37,367 bases of DNA from a virus (IMGVR_UViG_3300042934_000563); one strand, 5' to 3'; numbered from the stretch's first letter, positions 8,717-16,171 are shown. Program-made: numbers and translations. Notes: generated by a model from the sequence alone, not told the origin.

Positions 8717-9226
8717 ATGCCACACGCGAAGCGATACACCGCCATCATCTCCACCGACCGACGGCGTAGCGAACACATCGCCAACCACAACGGCATCAGC
8801 GAATACATCCACCTGGACCCACTCAACCTCCGCGACCTGGAGAGCTGGGAATACACCGGCCACATCCTCATCGACACCGAGAACTGGACCGACCCCGTAT
8901 CCGAAGCATACGAAGACCTCCTCATCGCATTCGAGGCCATCATGGACGCGCGTGAAATCGTCCCCACATTCCACCCTGTCGACTACAGCACCCTCCCCGA
9001 GGAATACGCCATCCCCACCGTCGACCACGTAGGCAGCACCACCGACAACACCACCATCAACCTCGACATCCGCCGCATCAACCGCAGCCGCACCGAACGC
9101 GACATCGAGATCACCGCCTACATCAACACCGGAGCCGTCCAGGTCGTCGACGTACCCCTGGACGAGATACTCGCCATCCGCGAACTACTCAACCGCGCCT
9201 ACACCAAAGGACACCTCACCCCATGA
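8717..9226 (+). CDS. hypothetical protein, 169 aa
   Basis: GAAGGA RBS; typical codon bias. Confidence 0.8.
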   Translation: MPHAKRYTAIISTDRRRSEHIANHNGISEYIHLDPLNLRDLESWEYTGHILIDTENWTDPVSEAYEDLLIAFEAIMDAREIVPTFHPVDYSTLPEEYAIPTVDHVGSTTDNTTINLDIRRINRSRTERDIEITAYINTGAVQVVDVPLDEILAIRELLNRAYTKGHLTP

Positions 9227-9540
9227 AAGCCACCGACCTAGTCACCTCCGGCGACATCCGCGCAGCCCTCACCGTCGCCTACCTCGCCGCAGCCATGGCC
9301 GAAGCCACCGAGTTTCAACAGCGCAAACTCAACGAACTCATCACCATCGAAGACATGGAAGAGTTCCGCGCCGACGGCAGCGACCTCAACATCCAACTAG
9401 CAATTAACGCAGTCATGGGTGAACGATGGATACCCTCCGACCAGGCACTATTCCCCATCATCACCACGCTCAAGCGTCGCCTCATGACCGTAGAGGCCGA
9501 GGAGCGCGCAGCCTACGAGGCCGCACGCAACCCGCAATGA
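9223..9540 (+). CDS. hypothetical protein, 105 aa
   Basis: ATGA overlaps at both ends. Confidence 0.8.
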   Translation: MKATDLVTSGDIRAALTVAYLAAAMAEATEFQQRKLNELITIEDMEEFRADGSDLNIQLAINAVMGERWIPSDQALFPIITTLKRRLMTVEAEERAAYEAARNPQ

Positions 9541-9803
9541 ACGACCACGAGTACAGCGCCCCCTACGGCGGGATCCTGATGGGAGTATCCAACCACCGAC
9601 TGAGCCACGCAGCCCGCACCGTCAGAGACCGCATACTCCGCACCGCACAACGCGACTACGAATACCGCCGCAGCACCTACGGCACAATGCCCCAGATGGC
9701 CCAACTGGAGGGCCCCGTCGAAGCGGGACGCAACATCCACTACACCCTCCAGGACCTGGAGAACCGCCACTCACACATGATGGACACCCTCATCTACTAC
9801 TGA
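9537..9803 (+). CDS. RH-x10 family small protein A, 88 aa
   Basis: Coupled ATG; ends ...LENRHSHMMDTLIYY*. Confidence 0.8.
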   Translation: MNDHEYSAPYGGILMGVSNHRLSHAARTVRDRILRTAQRDYEYRRSTYGTMPQMAQLEGPVEAGRNIHYTLQDLENRHSHMMDTLIYY

Positions 9804-9812
9804 GCAGGACAC

Positions 9813-10076
9813 ATGCCCACAGACCCCCCGGACTACTACGACGAGGTAGCCAGCATCCGCGCGAAGCACCCCAACTGCATCGACATCGACGATGTCGACT
9901 ACAGCAAAGCCCTCGCACCCCTCCACGACCGCATCGACAACCAACTCGACCTCGACGAAGCCCACTTCAACGACATCTACACCGGCAGCGGCATCTACTA
10001 CAACCACATCGCCTACGACCTCGCCGTAGCCGACAGCCGCCACCCACACCAACGCACCACCCTCCTCTACTACTGA
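9813..10076 (+). CDS. RH-x10 family small protein B, 87 aa
   Basis: AGGA RBS; contains KHPNCIDIDD; ends ...ADSRHPHQRTTLLYY*. Confidence 0.8.
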   Translation: MPTDPPDYYDEVASIRAKHPNCIDIDDVDYSKALAPLHDRIDNQLDLDEAHFNDIYTGSGIYYNHIAYDLAVADSRHPHQRTTLLYY

Positions 10077-10092
10077 CAGGCCCCACCCACCC

Positions 10093-10371
10093 ATGAGCCC
10101 ATACGACCACTACGAAGCCCTCCACGAACGAGCCGCAGCCCGACGGGCAAAATATCCAACCACCTGCATCGACATCGACGACATCCAGGACTCCCGCGAA
10201 CCCGTACGCAAACGGATAGGCCGACAAATCGACCGCGACTACGACTACATCGAAGAAGCCGCCATCGCACACGCACGCCCCCGCAGCACCCGCGCCTACT
10301 GGCTAGGGAGCGCACTGAGCGTCGCCGACAACCGACACCCCAACCAACTCAACACCCTCCTCTACTACTGA
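10093..10371 (+). CDS. RH-x10 family small protein C, 92 aa
   Basis: Contains KYPTTCIDIDD; ends ...ADNRHPNQLNTLLYY*. Confidence 0.8.
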   Translation: MSPYDHYEALHERAAARRAKYPTTCIDIDDIQDSREPVRKRIGRQIDRDYDYIEEAAIAHARPRSTRAYWLGSALSVADNRHPNQLNTLLYY

Positions 10372-10380
10372 GAGCGCCAC

Positions 10381-10638
10381 ATGACCCACAACCCCGCCAC
10401 CCACCGCGAAGCCATGCACCACCCCAACACCATCAACGTCGACGACCTGGAAGTCCCCGAACAAATCGACCTCGCCACCCACGACAAAATCGACGGACAC
10501 TGGTATCGGGACCTAGCCCACTACCAAGAGAACTACATGAACACCATCGTCAACTACGAGAGTTTGAAGCAAGTCCGCAGGTGCGGACACTCCGCCGCCC
10601 GACACCTCGCCGTCCTCCCCCACTTTGTCTACGTCTAG
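10381..10638 (+). CDS. RH-x10 family small protein D, 85 aa
   Basis: Contains HHPNTINVDD; ends ...AARHLAVLPHFVYV*. Confidence 0.75.
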   Translation: MTHNPATHREAMHHPNTINVDDLEVPEQIDLATHDKIDGHWYRDLAHYQENYMNTIVNYESLKQVRRCGHSAARHLAVLPHFVYV

Positions 10639-10647
10639 GACCCCCAC

Positions 10648-10827
10648 ATGCCGCACGGAATACTATTTGACGCCGTCCACCGCAGAAACACCGACCGCGA
10701 CCAGCTCAACGACATCTACAGCAAACACAGCAGAGACCACCACCAACGCGCGGACTGGATTATGCGCAGACACTCATGGACCGACGAACGACACCCACAC
10801 ATGACACACATGATTATGAGCATGTGA
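10648..10827 (+). CDS. RH-x10 family small protein E, 59 aa (absent from the ORF track)
   Basis: Manual translation MPHGILFDAVHRRNTDRDQLNDIYSKHSRDHHQRADWIMRRHSWTDERHPHMTHMIMSM*; AGGA RBS. Confidence 0.75.
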   Translation: MPHGILFDAVHRRNTDRDQLNDIYSKHSRDHHQRADWIMRRHSWTDERHPHMTHMIMSM

Positions 10828-10834
10828 GGACAAC

Positions 10835-11017
10835 ATGGAGCTGCCCACCGCGTCATTCAAATCACTCAACCGCAGGACCGTCGACCTCACCCAATTCGAC
10901 AACCGCTACCGCGACTACGGCAGCGACGCATTCGGACGCGCAGACTGGCACATACGCCGACACGCCTGGACAAGCCAACGACACCCACACATGTCGCCCG
11001 ACATCATGGACATGTAG
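10835..11017 (+). CDS. RH-x10 family small protein F, 60 aa
   Basis: GAGGA RBS; ends ...RADWHIRRHAWTSQRHPHMSPDIMDM*. Confidence 0.75.
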   Translation: MELPTASFKSLNRRTVDLTQFDNRYRDYGSDAFGRADWHIRRHAWTSQRHPHMSPDIMDM

Positions 11018-11062
11018 GGACAATTAGCGGCTAAGCTCTCCGACAAGCACCAGGAGGCCATC

Positions 11063-11410
11063 GTGAGCAACCGTAAATCCGCCGCCATCACCCTCGGAGA
11101 CACCCTCTACACCGCCCAGTGGTGCATCAAGTGCAACCTCCCCACCGCCAACACCTACAAGGCGGACATAGTCCTCTCCGACGACCCCACCCACCGCAAC
11201 GGCACCGTCACCCTCTGCCAGGACTGCGACGGAGTATCCGACATCACCATCGACGATGTCGACGCCACCACCGCCATCCTCATCGCCGCCACCGACGAAA
11301 CCGCCGATGTCATCCCCCAGGATGTCCCCCTAGCCGAATACATCACCAACGGCTCACAAGCCCTGGAGGACTGGCTGGCAGCACAGACGGACAAGCCCGA
11401 GGCATCATGA
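11063..11410 (+). CDS. hypothetical protein with a CxxC...CxxC zinc-ribbon motif, 115 aa
   Basis: AGGAGG RBS; CIKC and CQDC. Confidence 0.8.
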   Translation: MSNRKSAAITLGDTLYTAQWCIKCNLPTANTYKADIVLSDDPTHRNGTVTLCQDCDGVSDITIDDVDATTAILIAATDETADVIPQDVPLAEYITNGSQALEDWLAAQTDKPEAS

Positions 11411-11631
11411 CCCGCTACGAGGTCCAGACGATACGCAGCGCCTACGACCTCACCTGTCACCGACTCCAGATCCTCACAGCCGTCGACTACCACCGACTCC
11501 GCGCCACCACCATCCCCGACAGACTCCGCTACGCCCTCACCCTCCAGCAGCACCAAGAGACCACCCAACACCGCCACCCACACATCACCAAAACCCTCTC
11601 CGACCAGCACAAACAGGTGGGGTTGCGCTAA
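11407..11631 (+). CDS. possible divergent RH family member G, 74 aa
   Basis: ATGA-coupled; ...LRYALTLQQHQETTQHRHPHITKTLSDQHKQVGLR*. Confidence 0.7.
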   Translation: MTRYEVQTIRSAYDLTCHRLQILTAVDYHRLRATTIPDRLRYALTLQQHQETTQHRHPHITKTLSDQHKQVGLR

Positions 11632-11651
11632 CCCCGGACTATGTGTAATGT
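11623..11651 (+). promoter_or_regulatory. repeated promoter, copy 1
   Basis: TTGCGC-17-TAATGT; matches the consensus TTGCGCTA-N4-YGGAC-N2-TGTG. Confidence 0.7.
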
Positions 11652-11712
11652 TCTCGTTGTCAGGGAGACATCCTGACAAGCACCACAACCCAACTACACA
11701 GAGGAGCCCAAC

Positions 11713-11919
11713 ATGGACGAGACCACTCGCAAGGCCCGCCTGGCACGCGCACTCGACCGGCTCGGACATCACTTCCACGATATGGGGAAGATGATCGACG
11801 GGGAGCAGAGCGGAGATATGACCGCGAAGTTCGCAGCCATCGACGAGTGGAAGACCGAAGCGAAGAAGCTGGGAGCCACGGACGAAGAAATCGCCAGCGT
11901 CCGCGAAATCTGGCTCTAA
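11713..11919 (+). CDS. hypothetical protein, 68 aa
   Basis: GAGGAG RBS; sits between a promoter and a hairpin. Confidence 0.8.
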   Translation: MDETTRKARLARALDRLGHHFHDMGKMIDGEQSGDMTAKFAAIDEWKTEAKKLGATDEEIASVREIWL

Positions 11920-11926
11920 CCCCCAA

Positions 11927-11950
11927 GCCCCCCGCCACACGGCGGGGGGC
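11927..11950 (+). terminator. GC-rich stem-loop after the cassette gene
   Basis: GCCCCCCGCC-ACAC-GGCGGGGGGC, 10-bp perfect stem, no U-tract. Confidence 0.6.
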
Positions 11951-11980
11951 ACCCTTCACCCCAACCCACAGGAGCACCCC

Positions 11981-12388
11981 ATGCAGTACGACCCCGCCGA
12001 ACTCGACTTCGAGAGCAGCAGCCCCGTAGAGGTCAGCATCGCCGACCTCATCGAGGCCCTCCAGACATTCGAGGACCACAACGGCCCCGGCACACCGGAT
12101 AACGGCATCGCCGTCAGCGCGGCCCGCCTCTACATCCGCAAGAACCACGTAGTGGCCGCGAGCCTCTCGGAGCGCTCCAGGAACGACAGCTACATGAGCG
12201 ACACAGACGACGCCTACGCCCTCCAGGTCAACATCGTCTGCCCCATCAGCGACTACGCCCCCATCGGCCCCATCATCGACCACGCCATCGCCGAAGTCGC
12301 CAAGTCCGACGAGGAGAAGCGACTCAAGCGACGCGCCGCGCTGGAAGCCGAGCGCGCCCGCATCGACAAGGAACTAGGACTCCTCTGA
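11981..12388 (+). CDS. hypothetical protein, 135 aa
   Basis: AGGAG RBS; C-terminal coiled coil. Confidence 0.8.
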   Translation: MQYDPAELDFESSSPVEVSIADLIEALQTFEDHNGPGTPDNGIAVSAARLYIRKNHVVAASLSERSRNDSYMSDTDDAYALQVNIVCPISDYAPIGPIIDHAIAEVAKSDEEKRLKRRAALEAERARIDKELGLL

Positions 12389-12594
12389 TGGCCGACCTCA
12401 CCCGCAACGAACGCGCCGAGCTGGAAGCCCTACGCAGCAAGGTAAGGCACGCCCTCAACCTCGCCCAGTCCCGCGCGTACAGCCCCGAACACAGCCGCGA
12501 CACCCGCGTAGAGGCCCTACTCTGGCTCCGCCAGCTACGCGGCATCCACGCAACCACCAACCGCACCATCAACACCCTGGAGGTAACCCCGTGA
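12388..12594 (+). CDS. hypothetical protein, 68 aa
   Basis: TGATG overlap; GGAGG at its end serves the next gene. Confidence 0.75.
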   Translation: MADLTRNERAELEALRSKVRHALNLAQSRAYSPEHSRDTRVEALLWLRQLRGIHATTNRTINTLEVTP

Positions 12595-12752
12595 GCAACC
12601 CCGAGCACATCCACCACTACGTCCCCCGCGCCACCGGCAAGCGCAACGCGCAGCGCGAAAGCATCCAAGAGATGATCTGTGATTGCGGAGAGCGCCCCGC
12701 AGACGCCGCCATGCGCCGCCTGGACCTACGCGGCACCATCGCCGCCGACTAA
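12591..12752 (+). CDS. hypothetical protein, 53 aa (absent from the ORF track)
   Basis: GTGA overlap; MSNPEHIHHYVPRATGKRNAQRESIQEMICDCGERPADAAMRRLDLRGTIAAD. Confidence 0.65.
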   Translation: MSNPEHIHHYVPRATGKRNAQRESIQEMICDCGERPADAAMRRLDLRGTIAAD

Positions 12753-12779
12753 CCCACCCCGACACCACAGGAGCCCACC

Positions 12780-13142
12780 ATGCAGCTCACCGAGACCCTG
12801 GACGGCAAACTCGCCACCGAGGACAACCGCTTCACGGCGCAGCCGCTCCACCTCACCCGCATGTGGGTTCTGGTGGACCTACGCACCGACACCAGCAGCC
12901 AGCACCCCGACCGCGCTGCCTGCCAGCACCGCATCGACGAGATCCTCGCCGCCGAGAACAAGCCGAAACCCCGCAAGCAACACAAGCGCTACCTGCAAGA
13001 TGTCTACGCCGACATCTCCAGCCTCCGAGATGACCTGTACCACCGCCAGCAGGCCACGGCAGACGAAACCCTCTCCAGCGAGATCGACGCCGCCACGCGG
13101 ATAATCAACGGCATCTACGAGCACCTGGAGGGTGACCTGTAG
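12780..13142 (+). CDS. hypothetical protein, 120 aa
   Basis: AGGAG RBS; typical codon bias. Confidence 0.8.
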   Translation: MQLTETLDGKLATEDNRFTAQPLHLTRMWVLVDLRTDTSSQHPDRAACQHRIDEILAAENKPKPRKQHKRYLQDVYADISSLRDDLYHRQQATADETLSSEIDAATRIINGIYEHLEGDL

Positions 13143-13440
13143 AGTCGACCGCAACCCGAGCGAAGAGCTGGGAACAGCGACCGGGGGAGCTTGCCCGATT
13201 GGCAAGTCGCCCCCGGATCGCGCCCCTAAACCACCAGGGTCAACGTCACGGACTCGCACGACCCCGACCCCGTACGAGCCCGAGCGAAGCAGACGCGCAC
13301 CACCCGCTTGGTAATCCTGGAGCGAAGCAGAAGCTGCCCGACACATGAGCCCGCCCCCTCACACCCACCCGGCCACCGTGAGGGGGCGGAGCTATATCCG
13401 CAGGTCAACACGGTCGTTAGCGTAAGCAACGATCTTTTTT
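13143..13440 (+). other. structured non-coding island, candidate ncRNA or cis element
   Basis: No credible ORF. Hairpins at 13177-13221, 13351-13389 and 13412-13434; GAGCGAAG occurs three times. Confidence 0.45.
13412..13440 (+). terminator. intrinsic terminator
   Basis: GGTCGTT(A)GC-GTAA-GCAACGATC stem with a GNRA loop, followed by T6. Confidence 0.75.
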
Positions 13441-13450
13441 CCGGTAGGAC

Positions 13451-13480
13451 TTGCGCTAACGATGGACAGTGTGGTTATCT
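13451..13480 (+). promoter_or_regulatory. repeated promoter, copy 2
   Basis: TTGCGCTA-acga-TGGACAGTGTG-G-TTATCT, directly after the terminator. Confidence 0.7.
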
Positions 13481-13520
13481 GGTTCCAGCAAGCAAGCACC
13501 ACCTACCCGAGGAGCACACC

Positions 13521-14000
13521 ATGGCCGCCACCACCGTCACCCCCGCAGACCTGGAAACCAACAACATCGCGTTCGAGACCACCACCTGCACCCGTTGCGG
13601 AGGTTGCGGCGAATACAGCTTCAACCAGATCGACGGCACGCGCTGCTACGGATGCCACGGCACCGGCCTCAAGCTCTCCCGCGCCGGAGCCGCAGCCCGC
13701 AAGCGCTACGACGCCGTCATGGACGAGATGCACACCCCCGTCACCGAGATCAAGGTGGGAGACCTCGCAATGTTCTCCACGTTCAGCGGAGCGAAGTTCT
13801 GGTCCAAGGTCACCGGATCCCACGCCGACGAACTCAACGCAGGTCACTGGACCATCGAGACCATGCGCCGCGACATGGCGTACTCCGTCGGACACACCGC
13901 CGCCACCGGCACCCAGAAGGTTTGGTCCTCCGACATCCGCCTCAAGGCCGTAAACGCCGTTATCAACCTCAAGGGCGCACACCTCACCCCCAAGAGCTAG
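13521..14000 (+). CDS. zinc-finger protein with two CxxCxGxG motifs (DnaJ-CR-like), 159 aa
   Basis: CTRCGGCG...CYGCHGTG; GAGGAG RBS. Confidence 0.8.
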   Translation: MAATTVTPADLETNNIAFETTTCTRCGGCGEYSFNQIDGTRCYGCHGTGLKLSRAGAAARKRYDAVMDEMHTPVTEIKVGDLAMFSTFSGAKFWSKVTGSHADELNAGHWTIETMRRDMAYSVGHTAATGTQKVWSSDIRLKAVNAVINLKGAHLTPKS

Positions 14001-14011
14001 ACCAGCACCGG

Positions 14012-14038
14012 AGCCCCCACCAACACGGTGGGGGCTTT
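14012..14038 (+). terminator. stem-loop terminator
   Basis: AGCCCCCACC-AACAC-GGTGGGGGCT followed by TT. Confidence 0.7.
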
Positions 14039-14043
14039 CCTAG

Positions 14044-14073
14044 TTGCGCTACTTGTGGACCGTGTGTCATGAT
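14044..14073 (+). promoter_or_regulatory. repeated promoter, copy 3
   Basis: TTGCGC-18-CATGAT with an extended TG. Confidence 0.75.
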
Positions 14074-14113
14074 GGGCAGGCACCGCCACCCACCCCCACC
14101 CGAGGAGTCCACA

Positions 14114-14569
14114 ATGACCGAGACCCGCAACCTCATCGCCGTCGGCCACAACGACGAACAGACCAATTGCGACCGTTGCGGCAAGGTTGAACTCAAGGGC
14201 ACCGTCATCCTCGCCGAGGACGGCGTAGAGGTAGGCCGCTACGGCACTACATGCGCCACCAAGGAACTCCAGGCCGCTAACCCCGCAGCCACCAAGGTCA
14301 CCCGCAGCTACGCCCTCACCCGCGAGACAGACCGCCGCCAGCGCGTCACCGGCTACCTCCGCAGGGCAAACCAGGCACTGGCCGAGAATGACCCCGCCAT
14401 CGCCCAGTGGCACCTCTGGGATATGCGCCGCGACACCCTCGCCGTCCCGCACCGCGCCGACGAACTGGCAATCGTCGACCGCGTCGACGCCACCGGCACC
14501 TACACCTCCACCGGAACCAACCGCACCCCCGACGAGATCCGCGCCGCATACGCCGCCAACCAGGCGTAA
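14114..14569 (+). CDS. hypothetical protein with a Cys motif (CDRCGK...YGTTCA), 151 aa
   Basis: GAGGAG RBS; the long ORF-track frame upstream is a shadow. Confidence 0.8.
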   Translation: MTETRNLIAVGHNDEQTNCDRCGKVELKGTVILAEDGVEVGRYGTTCATKELQAANPAATKVTRSYALTRETDRRQRVTGYLRRANQALAENDPAIAQWHLWDMRRDTLAVPHRADELAIVDRVDATGTYTSTGTNRTPDEIRAAYAANQA

Positions 14570-14577
14570 CTCAGGAC

Positions 14578-14607
14578 TTGCGCTAGACCTGGACCGTGTG
14601 TCATGAT
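14578..14607 (+). promoter_or_regulatory. repeated promoter, copy 4
   Basis: TTGCGC-18-CATGAT; 18 nt identical to copy 3 (TGGACCGTGTGTCATGAT). Confidence 0.75.
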
Positions 14608-14648
14608 TACCCCGTACCGCAGAGCACCACCACCCAGAGGAGAACCCC

Positions 14649-14972
14649 ATGAGCACCGACTACACCACCATCGACTTCGTCCAGGTTGGCCGCGAAGCAT
14701 TCGCGCAGGGTGAGGACTCCGCCCCCGCCCTCAACGCCACCGTCCAGGCAGCGCTGGAAGGTCGCCCCGTCGGCGACCCCGCCAACCTCGCCATCATGGG
14801 GGACTTCTCCAAGGGCTGGCACGCCGCCAACCTCGCCGCCGATGTCCTCGGAGTCCTGGTAGCCAAGGTCACCGACCCGGAGCCGCCCCTGTTCGACATC
14901 GCCCCCGTCCCGCCCCGCAAGGACACCACCGGCCACCTGGTCCTGGACGACCCCCAGCACACCCTGTTCTAG
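14649..14972 (+). CDS. hypothetical protein, 107 aa
   Basis: GAGGAG RBS; contains GREAFAQG...PALN. Confidence 0.8.
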   Translation: MSTDYTTIDFVQVGREAFAQGEDSAPALNATVQAALEGRPVGDPANLAIMGDFSKGWHAANLAADVLGVLVAKVTDPEPPLFDIAPVPPRKDTTGHLVLDDPQHTLF

Positions 14973-14979
14973 CCGCCCA

Positions 14980-15001
14980 GGAGGCCCCCACGGGGGCCTC
15001 C
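14980..15001 (+). terminator. stem-loop after the cassette gene
   Basis: GGAGGCCCC-CACG-GGGGCCTCC. Confidence 0.6.
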
Positions 15002-15022
15002 ACCACCCCCGAGAGGGAAAGC

Positions 15023-15295
15023 ATGAGCCAGCACTCACTCCAGGCCCCGGAGGGCTACGAGTTCCGCGTCAAGCCCTACGACGTGTTCGGGACGCAAGCC
15101 CTCCGCGTCGAACTTCGGAAAGTCCACAAGTTCCTCCGCTGGACCTGGACCAGCAACGCCGGAGATGTCTGGTCGACACCCGAGCTACTGGAAGTCGAAG
15201 GATTCCACGCAGTCCGCGAGAGCCTCAAGACCGTCCTCCTCAACCGCCACGCCCAAGCCACCCGCACCATCCCGCCCGAGGTATTCGAGCCGTGA
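15023..15295 (+). CDS. hypothetical protein, 90 aa
   Basis: GAGGGAAAG RBS; GTGA overlap downstream. Confidence 0.75.
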   Translation: MSQHSLQAPEGYEFRVKPYDVFGTQALRVELRKVHKFLRWTWTSNAGDVWSTPELLEVEGFHAVRESLKTVLLNRHAQATRTIPPEVFEP

Positions 15296-15501
15296 ACCTC
15301 GCCCTACCCCTCTGGCTGTTCATCCTCTACATCGTCTCGCTGTTCGTCGCCACCATCGCCCTAGTCGAGATCACCACCGCCGTCCGCCGCGAAACCAAAT
15401 ACGCCACCCGCGCCGTCCGCCTCTGCTACATCGCCGCAACGCTCCTCTGCGCCAGCGGACTCCTCACCATGATCGTCAACCCCCAGATAGGACCGACATG
15501 A
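15292..15501 (+). CDS. membrane protein, 2 TM, 69 aa
   Basis: Two hydrophobic segments (LPLWLFILYIVSLFVATIALV; LCYIAATLLCASGLLTMIV). Confidence 0.75.
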   Translation: MNLALPLWLFILYIVSLFVATIALVEITTAVRRETKYATRAVRLCYIAATLLCASGLLTMIVNPQIGPT

Positions 15502-15638
15502 CCCTCCACGACATCCTGGACCTCCGAATCAGCGAAGCATGGGCCCTCATCCGCCCCGTATTCTGGACCGTCACCATCACCGCCGTCGCCCTCACCGGCC
15601 TAGGGCTCCTCGCCCTCTGGAGCTACGACCTCCTCTGA
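15498..15638 (+). CDS. membrane protein, 1 TM, 46 aa
   Basis: ATGA-coupled; VFWTVTITAVALTGLGLLALW. Confidence 0.7.
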   Translation: MTLHDILDLRISEAWALIRPVFWTVTITAVALTGLGLLALWSYDLL

Positions 15639-15696
15639 AACCTGCACCCCACCCGCTAAACTCACCCCACCAACCCAACAACCCAAGGACCCCACC

Positions 15697-16089
15697 ATGT
15701 GCGAACAATGCGACAACAACGACTACTGGACAATCAGCATCTACCACGTCACCGAAGAGGTAGAGAACCAGGACCACCTCCCCAAGCTCTGCACCGACGG
15801 ACCCCACCGCCCCGAGAACGTCGGGTTTGGTGACGGCACCTCCGCCCTCACCCTGTTCGCAACGCTCGCCATGATGCTGGACAAGGACATGGCCGTCGAC
15901 CGGGACAAGAGCGAAGACGATTACGCCGTCGCCTACGTCTGCGAGAAAGTCCCCGACACCAGCGACCCGAACAAGCCCGACCAGGTCAAAGTCATCCGCT
16001 CCCAGGTGGGCATCATCCACAAGATGAAATTGGATCCGGTCACCATCGTCGACAAGATCCTCCTCGCCGAAATGGCCGAAATGCTCTGA
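15697..16089 (+). CDS. hypothetical protein, 130 aa
   Basis: AAGGA RBS; N-terminal CEQC. Confidence 0.8.
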   Translation: MCEQCDNNDYWTISIYHVTEEVENQDHLPKLCTDGPHRPENVGFGDGTSALTLFATLAMMLDKDMAVDRDKSEDDYAVAYVCEKVPDTSDPNKPDQVKVIRSQVGIIHKMKLDPVTIVDKILLAEMAEML

Positions 16090-16100
16090 CAACTACACAC

Positions 16101-16132
16101 TTAGGCACCCTCGCATACGCGGGGGTGCCTAA
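16101..16132. terminator. stem-loop before the DNA polymerase gene
   Basis: TTAGGCACCC(T)CGC-ATAC-GCG(G)GGGTGCCTAA. Confidence 0.6.
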
Positions 16133-16171
16133 ACTTGGTTCACCCACCCCCACCCAGCACAAGGATGCAAC

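Noticed and set aside
13284-13328. GCGAAGC mini-hairpin as stand-alone evidence of an origin
   Set aside because: The 7-mer also occurs inside coding genes (for example near 1345, 9861 and 14692). It is kept only as a side note to the structured island.
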